Assembly (NCBI RefSeq): GCF_006345805.1
Contig: NC_043003.1
Location: forward strand, 29,326,001-29,390,000
DNA: 64,000 nucleotides
Direction: 5' to 3'
DNA from: Octopus sinensis
Lineage: Eukaryota
Positions within the stretch are counted from its first letter, which is position 1, and every line of letters starts with the position of its first letter. Of the stretch, positions 35,132 through 47,864 are shown piece after piece. The translations under genes were made by a program, and so were the position numbers. The notes under the pieces were generated by a model, which did not search any database, was not told the DNA's origin, and saw nothing but the letters and a program-made list of their open reading frames with translations.

Positions 35132-35280
35132 CAGCTGAATAATTATAACCATTTAAGGAAAACAAAAACTATTACATTCACTTTCATGTCTACTATGAAG
35201 TGTCAACAGTTTTGATTACACTTCCACTATCTGATCACAAACACAATTTCATGAGGAAACTTCCAAGACACAAGCATTCT

Positions 35281-35287
35281 CTCTCTT

Positions 35288-35380
<93 letters not shown>
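35281..35380. repeat. Compound (CT)n(CA)n microsatellite
   Basis: Direct reading. Confidence 0.9.
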
Positions 35381-35383
<3 letters not shown>

Positions 35384-35649
35384 TTGTGAACAGATACGAC
35401 TCTTAAGTCAAAACATGCACAAGGCCAGAAATTTGGCAGAAGTTAGTAAATTAAATCAACCCCTGTACTTGACTAGTACTTTATCAACCTCAGAGGTGTG
35501 AAAGGTAATTTTGAAAGGTGACTTTGGAAAAACTTAAAATATAAAAGCCAAAACAAATATCACAAGGTACCTTTTCCATCTGATCTCCAGGTCCCACATA
35601 TACAAGCTCCATTCTTTTTTTATTTATTTATTTTTTTTTGCTGATGCTG

Positions 35650-36560
35650 TAATTAATGTAAGACCGAGGATGGTGGACACAAAAGGGATGACATGACAGT
35701 AGAGAGTTATGTATGGAGCTCTAAGGAGCATGGCCACTGTAGTAGTGGTTGTAAAACCGAAGAGCTGACCTAGCTTATCTGTGGGCCAAAAGGTGAAATA
35801 TGTTGGTGAGTGACTTCATGTCAACCAGATAAATAGCCTTTCTTTGGATGCAATCTTATATGGCGGCCATAGCACTGTCCAAAATGTGGGAGCATTATTA
35901 CATTAAGGTCTCACCAGAGAATTAATTATAAAAAGTTCCTCTGAAGAAGTAGGCCAGTGGCTATGCTGAAGATATGTGTTGTTCAGTGATAGTTGTGCTT
36001 GGTATTTGTAATGTCCTTAGATTAATTAGTTGCGTGTTGGTCAAGTTTAGAAGCCTGGTATATATTTTCATAAAGTGTGTATTGAGTGTTCCTTTGTGCT
36101 GTTGAAAGAGGCAAGATTAAAACAAAGATTCTACTGGAGGAAGTTTTGAAGGTCTAAGATCATGGAGTGAGTGCAGGTTTTGCATGAAATATCTTAAGTT
36201 ACATGTGGATGATGCTTGGGAGCAGAATGGTAAAGGGGAATGAAAGTTGGTATCATACATTTAAGAGTGAGCCAGTAATACCAAGTAGATATTTGATGTA
36301 TAGGAAGACGAGTGGAAAGGCTACAAAAGCAAACACTGTTGCACAACAGAGTTGATAGGCTGTGGGTCAGCACAGGAGACCAATAGACAAAAGATGGATG
36401 GAGCCCATAGACTGCCACTTTCACATGGTCAAATATTTTATTAGTTTTGATGCATTTTTTGTTTTGCTTCTTTCTTTTCTCCAAGACATATTTGTCAATA
36501 CCTTTAAAGGTGGCATGAGCCAAACTAACTTCATGCAGTAGAGATCTAGATAGTAGCATT
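35650..36560 (-). mobile_element. Degenerate CR1-clade LINE fragment (RT to C-terminus)
   Basis: - strand fragments FDHV...YGLHPSF (RT) and SHIWDS...IQRKAI...LAHR...FYNHYY (CR1/Zenon-type C-terminal motifs) with stops and frameshifts. Confidence 0.55.
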
Positions 36561-36996
36561 AAAAATGTTAGAGACAGAAGACAATACTGTAACTAGCAAC
36601 ATCTAAGAAAGCAGAATCTAAAGTAAAAAATGTAAAATTCTAAAATGCATCTCAAATTTATTAATTTACTTCATTTTAATTAAAAAGTAATTTGCTTCAC
36701 AATAAATGTAACTAATTTTATAATTATATAAATAAGATACATAATTAATTGATTCATTTAAAGAAGTTTATATGAAATTAATTTAAAAGTAATGTTTAGC
36801 CAAATCATCAAAATTTTCTTAATTATGTAATTATAGAGATAATGATGTTTGTTAATAAAACAGCTGATGAGCACTATTAAATTATGAACTATTTGTGAAA
36901 TTTCTGCTTTTCATTTCCCCTCTCTGTGTGTGTGTGTGTGTGTGTGTGAGTGTGTGTGTGTGTGTATTATTTCATAAACATAATATATGTTTTTAT

Positions 36997-37079
36997 GTGC
37001 TATTTTTAGTTTCATGTGATGAGAGCATGCCAGACATTATTTTTTAACATTCTGGTGTCTCAGTGCAATCTTCAGACAC
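36997..37079 (-). ncRNA. Type-I hammerhead-ribozyme-like module (degenerate copy 2, homolog of 24725-24806)
   Basis: - strand GTGT-CTGAAGA-TTGCACT...ATCACAT-GAAAC-TAAAAA-TA-GCAC; same spacing and flanks as copy 1; retains U16.1-A17. Confidence 0.6.
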
Positions 37080-38218
37080 TGCTCACATGGCATAAACTAA
37101 AAATGAGATGGTAGGACGAGAGAAAAAGCCAGAAAGAAGTAAATATAAAAGATGGAAGCTTGAAAGACTGGAAAACCAAAAAGAAAACAGAAGGAAGCAA
37201 AAGGTGGGGGATTAGGGTTATTTCCCCCTTGACCGTAAAATATAAAGCGGAAAAGCTAGTGGCTTAGAATCTGTGGTACAACTGTTCAATCCAGATTCTA
37301 GGAAGTGGGTAAGTCGATTAGATCGACAACAGTAAATTTGAACACCGAACATAAAAACAGACGAAATGCTTCTAATCATTTTGCCCAGCAAACGATTCTG
37401 CCAGTCCTCCGCTTTATATAATATATTCATATTACATATGTAACACATATATAACTCAAAAGCACCCTGCAGAATGTGACAGTCAATAAAATAGAAATAA
37501 AATTAAAAATCTATTCTGTGTGCCCCTGTACCAAATGAATCACGGCCTGGTACTGGTCTGCGTGCAAGGTGGTTAACGATCCTTGGCATTGAGAAAAAAG
37601 CTAAAGGATGAAGATAACAGATGCCTTGTTCTGTTTGAGTCTTCAACCCAGCGGAGTAGCATTTTATATATGTGTGTTCATTGTAATCGAAAATATTAAA
37701 GTTTAAGGACGAGGACAGGCAAAGACTAACAATTCGCTATTGCTTCAATGCTTTAACGTGATAAACAATATTAAAGACGATGTTTACATATTTAATACAT
37801 GAAACATTAAAAAGCTAACCGGGGAAAACTGTGATGAATGAAAAAGAATGATGGACGATAAAACCAGTTTCACTAGGAGGGATCCAACTTGGTACTTTGT
37901 GATGTACATAAGAATTACTAGACAATAAGTTGAAAAACCGATAAAATGATTTTCTGTGTTAACGGAACAAAATTAGAATACCGGACGTTGTTTTCGATAC
38001 CAATCGAGGAAGGGAAAACGGAATTTTTCACTTTAGACGATTGCCTGAACGGTTGCAGATAAAGAAATATAAGAAGACGGAAAAAGGGGTAAAACTCAAT
38101 CAAAATATGGATTTCAAGGCTTGTAAGTTCATTTTAATACAGTTCCTTGCATGAGGATGAGCGTGTATTTATGTGTATTCTTTATTGTTGGTTAGTTCCT
38201 AGGCAGAGATTTCAGCAG

Positions 38219-38249
38219 ACATACATACATACATACATACATACATACA

Positions 38250-38281
<32 letters not shown>

Positions 38282-38310
38282 CACACACATACATGCATAC
38301 ATACACACAC
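38219..38310. repeat. (ATAC)n microsatellite
   Basis: Direct reading. Confidence 0.9.
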
Positions 38311-38535
38311 ATACGTACAAGTCTGATATGTCTACTCGACTACATAGCAGTATAACTTCAAAATTCCTTTTAAAAGGTGTCTTTTTCTGACTCTTGGACA
38401 ACTGACCGATATGCGTGTGTGTGTGTGTGTTACAATTTAGAACAAACAATGAAAGGTTGTCATAGTTCTAAATTATAACATATAAACAATCCTCTACTTA
38501 TCTCGAGGTCTCATTCTTTTGCTAATACTTTTTAT

Positions 38536-38629
<94 letters not shown>

Positions 38630-38632
<3 letters not shown>

Positions 38633-40359
38633 CAGGATGTGTGTGCATGTGAATGTAGTTTATGCACATCCACAAATTAGCACGCATGTCGCTCAAATTT
38701 TAGGACATTCGTCACGACCCTAGCTGTATTTTCGTCAAAATATTTCCCCCCGGGGCACCCGCGAATAGCGGTAAATAATTTTGAGCCATAACTTCTAACA
38801 ATTTTCACGACGGAGAAATCCACCATTGTTTACAAACATGAGTTAAGTCCCCTGCTAGCGACGGTGTAAAGAGAGGGAGAGAGAGAGAGAGAGAGAGAAC
38901 AGATTTTTAAAATTTCGTCCTTCTAGTGAGTGATTGACAGACAGTGGTTGTTATGTATGTATATATGTGTGAATGGCTTCAGTCATACACACACGAGCAT
39001 GTATGCGTACAAAACACATGCATGCAATGTGTGTGTTGCCCGTATATATATATATATACACACAATATAAACGATATTCTCCGTTTCTCGACAACAGATT
39101 TCCAAATTAGCTGAATCATTGCTCTACTCATAGCGATATATAGCTGGTCGTGCGTGAACATGGAAGGGAGCAGAGGTTACCAGAACAACAGACCTATGTG
39201 TTGACTGTAGACATGCTCCTTCGCAAACGATCAGCTATTATTTTGTAAACAATATTTCGAAACTGTTCATGATTTCGAAAGGAGATATATGACTCTTATA
39301 TCTTTGTGGGAGAAGGTAGGCCTCCCTATTCCACTTACAAAACTTACGACCGGGTGCCAAATTTGCATTTTGTAAACAATATTTCGAAACTGTTCATGTT
39401 TCGAAAGGAGAGATCTGACTCTCACATCTCTGCGGGAGAAGTTAGGCTTCTCTATTCCTGTTACAAACCTTACGTCCGGGTGCCAAATTTGCTTCAATTT
39501 ATGGTATTACTCGGGTAGGAGGTGGTGATGGGACAGTGGCAGGGGCAAAGGCGTGCAGGAACATGTATGCAATAGGTATATGTACGTATATGTTTTCCTG
39601 TGTGTGTGTTGCCCATATATATATATACTTAGTTGTGATCTGAACATAGCCGCTTCTCACACAGAGGATCGGGGGCCCCTTTGGGTGTTCTATTTTCCTT
39701 TCTGGAATGGTTCTCAACCCATGGGCAAAGTGGGGTTACATGATGGCGGGGGGTCAAAAGGGTTGGCATATGCAACCTGATCACCTCTGCCGCCGATCAA
39801 ACTCCCAACCCATGCTCTCCCGTCGCGACACTGATTCTGCAGAACTGGCTTGGGAATGAAAACCAACTTTAAAGTATAAATATAGATGTTTTTGAATCAG
39901 CAATGTTCGGTTAAGTCCTATTTGGGGTGAAAAATAAATAAACCGATTCCTTATGGGGTTTTCCATTTAATCAGGATTAAAAAAATCGATAAACCAATTC
40001 CTTATAGGACTTCCCACTAAAATTGGCTACATTCCATTTTCAACCATAACGTCTACCAATTTTGGTGTATTTTGTTCAAACTTGCCAGCATTACTAAGGA
40101 CTCATGGGATCTTTGAATACTTTAAGTTCTCCAAAAATGAAACAAAAAAAATAATAATCGATGAGTGGAAAAAATTGATAAACCGATTCCTTATGGGATT
40201 TCCCAATCAAATTGCAAAATTTCATCCAAAAGTTTACCAATTTCAACGGATTTCACTAAAATTTGACGTCGTTGTTACTTAGTTTCCTTAGTGAAATAAG
40301 GAGCTTGATTAGCTTAATAATCCTAACTTAATCCCGAGCAAAGCCGGGCTATACTACCA

Positions 40360-40360
<1 letters not shown>
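38630..40360 (+). mobile_element. Non-autonomous Helitron-like element(s) with an internal 127-bp tandem pair (39240-39492)
   Basis: Begins after (TA)n with TATAAGGCAGGATGTGTG; ends with hairpin CCCGAGCAAAGCCGGG followed by CTATACTACCAG|T, similar to the GATACTGCTAG end at 17674. Confidence 0.45.
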
Positions 40361-40409
<49 letters not shown>

Positions 40410-40413
<4 letters not shown>

Positions 40414-40710
40414 TTTACTTGTTTCACTTTGTAAGCCTAGTACTTATTCTGTCGGTCTCTTTTGCCGAACCGCTAAGTTTCCAGCATCGGTTGTCAAGCG
40501 ATGTTGGCGGGGGCGGGGCGGACAAACACCACACACAACACACAAACATACACATATATATATACATATATACGACGGGCTTCTTTCAGTTTCAAATCCA
40601 CTCACAAGGCTTTGATCGGCCCCAGGCTATAGTAGATGACACGCAGTGGAACTGAACCCGGAACCATGTGGTTCGTAAGCAAGCTACTTACCACATAGCC
40701 ACTCCTACGC
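40410..40710 (-). mobile_element. tRNA-head SINE (second family)
   Basis: Head GGCGTAGGAGTGGCTATGTGGTAAGTAGC...GGTTCCGGGTTCAGTTCC on - strand, body to 40410. Confidence 0.8.
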
Positions 40711-40711
40711 C

Positions 40712-40897
<186 letters not shown>

Positions 40898-41159
40898 AAT
40901 TGCAACGTGGAAGGTGTTTATAAGCCATTTAAGAAACACAAAAACCGTTAGATTCACTTCAACATTTAAATTTAATTTGCCAAAATATTTTCGTTGCTTT
41001 GAAACCGCGACCTGTTCAATTTTTTTGTTCGGAAAACGGTGTGAGTCGGATGCCTCGGAAATTTCAACCCCCACCCATATTGGGAAGTACAACAGCACGA
41101 TTTTCACTAAGAAAAAAACCCCGGATTTTTTGCGTGAAATCAAGTACCCTGACGTCCTA

Positions 41160-41233
41160 ATACATACATACATACATACATACATACATACATACATACA
41201 TACATACATACATACATACATACATACATACAT
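41160..41233. repeat. (ATAC)n microsatellite
   Basis: Direct reading. Confidence 0.9.
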
Positions 41234-41414
41234 GGTGGCTGCCCCCTCGTTATCGAGTATGGCCATTGCACGAAACTTAATCAATGTTGTTATCGTGCAA
41301 TGCCTGTGCAAGAAGATTTTTTTTAAAGTGGGGAAAGGCTGTGCACTGAGTCAATCCCACTCACTAAGCAACAGCAGCCATAATCCGAAAAAAAGAACAA
41401 GTCAACATCATCGG

Positions 41415-41780
41415 TAACCACTGAGCCGCAGGTTTTTATATCGGAGTTATCCCAGTTACCTTCTCCTAGAAGGATCCCCTAACAAAGGCTAGGAGTCCTT
41501 CACTCCCAATGGTTTAACTGTGCGATCGAATATTCAGTCCGATTATTTCTATGTCCCCGCGCATGATCCAGCCTTAAGACATTTATTGGATGGCCGTTGA
41601 CTCTCAAGAGTTCCTCCGCCCTTTGACTGGTTTTGTTTTTCATCCCGCTGGGTGTCCAATAAACACCCTCCTCACCAAGCAAGCTTGGTGGGGTTGCCGG
41701 TTTAGTCGCCGACGACCCGACCATGCAACAGGTTGTACTGGGTTACATGTTACCAGTAGCACTCAAAAGTGACCTGACAT
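41415..41780 (-). mobile_element. Probable RTE-clade 5'UTR fragment
   Basis: - strand CCTAGCCTTTGTTAGGGGATCCTTCTAGGAGAAGG...AAAAACC resembles RTE/BovB-type 5' sequence as I recall it; not verified by search. Confidence 0.4.
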
Positions 41781-42010
41781 ACATATATGTATGTAAACAT
41801 ACATACATGTATGTAAACAATTGTATATACATACACATATACAGGGGAAGGCCCAAGGGAATTGGGGTCTTAGGGGCACAGTTCCCCCTCAAGAAAAGAA
41901 GTGCGTCCTTCTAAATAATGTTATTACGCCCTTTTCTCTTGGAGTTGTATTCCCTTCTGATCTTGGCCCTCCCTTCGAAAAATTCCTGGGACCGCGCATA
42001 TATATATATA

Positions 42011-43301
42011 CGAGGGGCGTTCAATAAGTAATGCCCCTGACCCACTTCCCATAGCAGTAGAGCAACGAAACTTGGTACAGTTATTAGTCTTTTTCTACAT
42101 AGGAACCACCCAGAGTTACGCATTTCTCCCATCGTTTGATGCGGCTCTGGAGACCGTTTTTGTAGAAGAACCCAGCTTGGTCCTCCAACCTCAACGTGAC
42201 TTCAGAAATCAAGGCTGCATCATCTGGGAAACGCTTTCCTTTCAAAAACAACCTCATGATTGGGAAGAGGTGAAAATCAGAGGGTGCAAGGTCAGGAAAG
42301 TAGGGGTGATGGGGAGGAGTTCATAGCCATACGCCTGTGCTTCTGATCTGGCGACAAGCGAGTTGTGGACCGGAGCGTTGTCCTGCAGGAGGAGGATGCC
42401 TTTGCTGATCTTGCCCCGCCTCTTGATTTTGATAACTTCTCTTAATTTCCTCAAAAGTGAAGCATAATAGGCTCCTGCAATTGTGGTACCCTTTGCCAGG
42501 AAATCTGTCATCACTACTCCGTCTTGGTCCCAGAAGACTGTGAGCATGACCTTGCCAGCGGAGGGCTGCACCCGTGCCTTCTTTGGAGGGGGTGAGTCAC
42601 GGTGCTTCCACTGCATTGACTGGGCTTTGGTCTCTGGATCATCGTGATGGACCCAGGTTTCATCCTGTGTAATCAGTCTTTTGAAAAATTTTGACTCATC
42701 TTCTTGGCACATCTCCAAATTCACCCTCGAGCACTCGACGCGTTCTTGCTTCTGGAAAGGCGTGAGCAGCCTGGGAATCCATCTGGCAGACACCTTTTGC
42801 ATATGCAAATGGTCATGAATGATAGTTTCCACAGACCCGGTACTAATCTTGACCTCATGGGCTATTTGGCGAATAATTATGCGTCGATCTTCCAAAATGG
42901 CAGCCTCAACTTGACGGACAGATGCCTCATCAATGGCAGAAGGGGGCGACCAGATCTGGGAGCTGTTTCCACAGAGTTCCGACCATGTTTGAATTCACGA
43001 TGCCAGCGTTTTACAAGGTCATATGATGGGGCATCATCACCATGAGTTACTTTCATTTCATCAAAAGTTTCCCGTGGTGTGCGTCCTTTCAAATACAAAA
43101 ACCGGATCACTGCTCGACACTCAACAGGCTCCATTTCACACTTGACTCGGTTCAAACACCTGTAAATCAGAAACTACAATTAATTCAGAGCTGTAATTTG
43201 CTACCTAATCTATAGAGATATAAATAATTGCACATGCAAAATTTCAGCTAGATCAAATAACTGCATGTGGGTCAGAGGCATTACTTATTGAACGTCCCTC
43301 G
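42011..43301 (-). mobile_element. Full-length mariner (DD34D), 1291 bp, TA TSD; transposase 43134->42084 with two 1-nt frameshifts
   Basis: 35-bp TIRs (CGAGGGGCGTTCAATAAGTAATGCCCCTGACCCAC, 2 mismatches); WIPRLL, QDETW, QDNAP, APSDF motifs with 34 residues between D2 and D3. Confidence 0.95.
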
Positions 43302-43308
43302 TATATAA

Positions 43309-43688
43309 TACTAACAGCTAAGCCCAGTTTCACCCGGTCTGTTTCGATGATGTGACTGTGATCATTTTCGGTTAGGCATAATCTATAACAGCGTTTCTCA
43401 ACCATATCATTTCGGATCCCTTGTTTCGATTGGAGCCTCCAGCTGTATGAAAATTTTGTGACTCCTCGCCCCTGTCAGAAATCAGCTTCAGGAGTTGTGA
43501 AGAAGTAATTTGTACGTAGTCTGTTTCTGAGAGCTGTTGTATTGGACCGCTGTCTAATCATTAAAACATTGATTTAATTATGAACATAGAAAGAAATTAT
43601 ACACTAATCCTTATTTTTTTTTTAGCAGTTGTATCCGAAAAAAATTTATTTGCAGGGAGCAGAAATTGAAAGAAGATATATGAAATGG

Positions 43689-43733
<45 letters not shown>

Positions 43734-44295
43734 CGTGCTTGCGCATGTGTATGTGTTTACGATAGTTGATTTATGGAAAAGATTGTTAAATGTTTGAAAT
43801 GGAAATATGTGAAGGAAAATTAAGTTCAGACCTCTACATGGTAGCTAGTCCCGGTAGAAATAGCAGCCAAATCTCCCTACTGTCTTAATCCGACAATTCT
43901 GCCTATTATGTAGTTTGAATGAGAAACTGTAACTAAAGATTAAGATTATTAACCCCACAAAGAGGTGAAAGAAGAGAGACAGCATAGCGAAAGTTTTGGC
44001 TGACTGTCATCCTGTACTCCCCTTATTACTAGCGAAATGGTATATGCCGGCTGTGTGAGCAACTAGTTGTTTTAATGGTGGAACCAACAGAGGAATTCCA
44101 TTAGAAAAGTTTTAATCGATTTTCTCGTTAAGTATGGGGGCTAGGAAAAAAATACCGCATTCCAATCTATGCACCCGTCTCCACATGTGTGCCATTTTTC
44201 ACGCGAATCCACCCAGCTGTTTGGCTGTGAACCTCAAGACAAGAAAGAATACAACAATCGCCCATGTCCAATTTCTATTACAACAATAGCCCATG
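43309..44295 (-). mobile_element. Possible Helitron-like element
   Basis: - strand ends with hairpin-like CAGACCGGGTGAAACTGGGC followed by TTAGCTGTTAG; internal (GT)n; boundaries uncertain. Confidence 0.3.
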
Positions 44296-45306
44296 TCCAA
44301 TTTATATTATAATGTTGGTGTATCTCAGGTAACGTGGTTAGAATATGTGGGTTTAAGCTTGGGTAATTATTTTATTACCCCCCGCTTTTTTTTTCCATTT
44401 AAACATTTTAGCTTCGTAAATTGATTATTAAAGGAAAAAACACCCAGGAATTTCTGAAGGCAGTTGGTATTAAATGCAAGAATAAAGCCTACCCACGGCG
44501 TTATTCTAACGCAACACTGCGAAACAGTAAGATATGGAACTAATTAGCATTACGTCAAGTATACGCCTTAAAAATCAATTAACGAAGCTTAAATAAAATA
44601 TGAAGTGGTCATGGCTGGAACACTTTTGGATCTCATTTGATAGTTTTTCTTTTCGAATGGTTCTCTTTTCCCTTAAAACATTGTAGTTTGTTTCTCCTAC
44701 CCCTTTCTAACATTCTAATATTTTCGATATATATCAATGAAATCCACATAAAAAAGATACATTTCTAAAATTATTTTGAAGTAAAAGATACGGAGGCCCA
44801 AGACACTTATCATACCACTTTCACCCTCATTTTATTAAATTCTAAATTAGTGTTATTAATTAAATATAACTAAAAAGGAAATTTCGGGTCCCAAGAAATA
44901 AAAATAGGAGCTACTTGGTACCAAAACTTATAAAAAAAACATTATTCCTTAAACCTTTGATTGTCCTTGATATGCTCACAGCCTGTTTCATGCATTAACT
45001 TTAAAACATGCTTTAACTTACTACCGATCTTTGTTATAAATGTTTTGAAGTTACTTCAATTGTTTGTTTCGCTCTTTCTAATAAGTGATTCACTGTGGGT
45101 TGACGGAATCGTAAGAGAGTCGGAAACAATGTCTTGTGGTATGCCGATATAAACCCCGCCTTTTCTCCATCCGGGATCAATGAAATAAAAGTCAAGTATT
45201 GGAGTCGATGTAATCGACTACCCGTCTCCTTTCAAAATTGCTGGCATTGTACCTAAATTGGAAATAATAATTTAAGAAGGCAATGGAGAAGACTAGGCAA
45301 TGTTTG

Positions 45307-45360
<54 letters not shown>
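45307..45360. repeat. (AAT)n microsatellite
   Basis: Direct reading. Confidence 0.9.
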
Positions 45361-45363
<3 letters not shown>

Positions 45364-45918
45364 GAAAAGAACGGGGTTTGTAATTTTAAGTAAAGGCGAA
45401 CTATTTCAGCTAGGAATCGAAACCGCGTCTTAAGTTGATTCTGCTTCGTATATTACTTTTTATCAACCACAAACACCGTAAAGCGTAAAGAAACAGTAGC
45501 GCGAGTATGTGGGACTTTCGCCCATGCGAATTGGTGGAACTTATAGAGTATCATAGAACATCGGATATTGCTTAGTTACGCTCTGGGTTCAAATCCCATT
45601 GAGGTCAACTTTACCGTAAATTCTTTTGGCGTCGATAAAAAAAAACAAGTACCAATCCAGGGATGTGGATTGGTGAAATTAGGAGTGTCGGACTGGATGC
45701 CTTGCGTTATTTACTCCGGTTGTTTGCATTCCATGTTCTAATCTCGAAGTAGCTTATTCGGGTGGTAGATTTCCCCCATATCCTAGTTTAACACTACTAC
45801 CTAATACCTTTAGTCGAGTCCACTTTGCTACAAGGCCAGGTCTCCAGTTAGAGGATATCGCCCTCTCTTCCTTCTTGATGACTAAGAGATAAAAATAAAA
45901 ACAAATACGCGTGTATAT

Positions 45919-45957
<39 letters not shown>

Positions 45958-46247
45958 TATAGATAGACAATCTGTGTATGTATATATACACTTATATATA
46001 GGCGTGTCTGTGTGTGTACGTATGTAAATTTGTGTGTATATGGGGGTGTGCGCGTATTTTTCAAAACATTTCCGTAATAACTTTATTATAATTATTACCA
46101 AACTAAAAAAAACAACAACAAATAATGATACATATGTTTTTTTATTTAAACTATGAATTGAGTTTTCATTTAAAAGTACATTAGAAATAATAGTTAAACT
46201 GCTAGCTGCATTGTTCGTATTTTCTGCTGTTTTGTATATGTCTGAAG

Positions 46248-46263
46248 ATGGCAGGTATTAGAG
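46248..46263 (+). CDS. LEPROT: LEPROT coding exon 1 (MAGIR-, 16 nt)
   Basis: ATGGCAGGTATTAGAG|GTGAGT strong donor; matches the family N-terminus MAGIK. Confidence 0.8.
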
Positions 46264-47065
46264 GTGAGTCATTGCTTTAGTTTTCAACATTTTTTCCAAG
46301 ATTTTCCACCTATAACACTTTGTATCTTATTCTCAATACAACAGAATACACGAACAAACGCCAAAGAAATTAACTAAATATTTATTTCCACTCGTCAGCC
46401 ATTGATTTTCGTTCAAATACATTTACTTGTTGCGTTTCTATAACAATAATAATAGTATTAGTATTTGTTTTTGTTGTTTAGCTCCTGGTCAGTCGTAATA
46501 GAAGATGTAGATATTTTAATCAAAAGCTTTCCAAGTATTATTTACCCTTTTTTGAGCATTGTTTACCCTCGGTTACATTATTCATAGCATTCTCTCTTGA
46601 AAAAAAATTTAGGCTGTGATTTAAGGGGTTTTTAGTTGATATTTCTAGCAGGCCGAGCCACTACTTAGAGGTTTCTTTGTTGACTTAATTTTTATTTCTG
46701 TTATTTTGGCACAATGCGAAGTGCGTTGAACAATATTCCATAATGATGGTTTAGCTTCGTGTCTGTTTGAAATGTTGAAGTTGATTTTTATCATTCATTC
46801 TTCAGTAAATAAGTAACCGTAAAAGATGAAGTCGATTTAATCAACTGTTTCCATCAACCAAGATTCTGTGGCCTTGTCATTAAAGTTACATATCAGTATT
46901 GCTTTTAGTTTGGCTACATTTAATCACAATGACTGCGAGAACACCGTGCCAAACAACAAGGGAGCCCCTTACGCAGCCTCTCAAAATTCTAGAAATAGCA
47001 GTCATATCTACCTCGAATCATATCCTAACGTTTTATAATGAAGGAAATGCTGGACTCAGTAGAGC

Positions 47066-47102
<37 letters not shown>

Positions 47103-47864
47103 ATGGATTAGTCATGATTAGAACGTCTTTGATCATAGTTTTCCTCGATCCGAGCTAAATAACAACCACATATGAAGCTCGTCTAGCTCACCCTATTATG
47201 TTCTGAAGAAAATAGTGAACGTCAAACCATCACGTTTCTCCATCTAAAATATGAGACTTTGTTCCTAGTTGATAAAATAAAATATGTATTTTTGCTTTGT
47301 CACAATTGCCAACTTTGGTACTCTTACACCAAATACGAAAAACTGTTATTGACGAACCATTGGGACAGGTTCTACATGGTTGTTCACTCTGTTAGAAATA
47401 ACAGCCAAATCTCGATCAAATTACGTCCTACCTTCTTTAAAAAAATGGTTTGTATATATTAGATAATGTTGTCCCAGGTAAACTTTTCCTGCCAAAAAAG
47501 ATGGAATGGTAACAGCTTTATAGTCTTAGATCAAAATTGACTTGGGACGAAACAATTGATATTATTTGCCATTACCACAAATGTGACGGTGCTATCCGTA
47601 CATTGGTGGTAAACTGGAGAATCAAAACAGTGGCTTGGTTTTGATTCTAGCTGTAGATTTTTAATTTCACTTACACGACTAGTAGCAGAACACGACTTTG
47701 AGCCATTTAAGATACTTTTGAATGGTCACTAAACCTATTAGAATAACCATCTTTTAATGTCCATCTTTGCTGGCATTGATTGGATGATCTGAAGGATCTG
47801 GTTGGTCCAAGGATTATATTGTGCTCCAATGCTTGCTTTGGCTTGGTTTCTAAGGTTGGATGTA

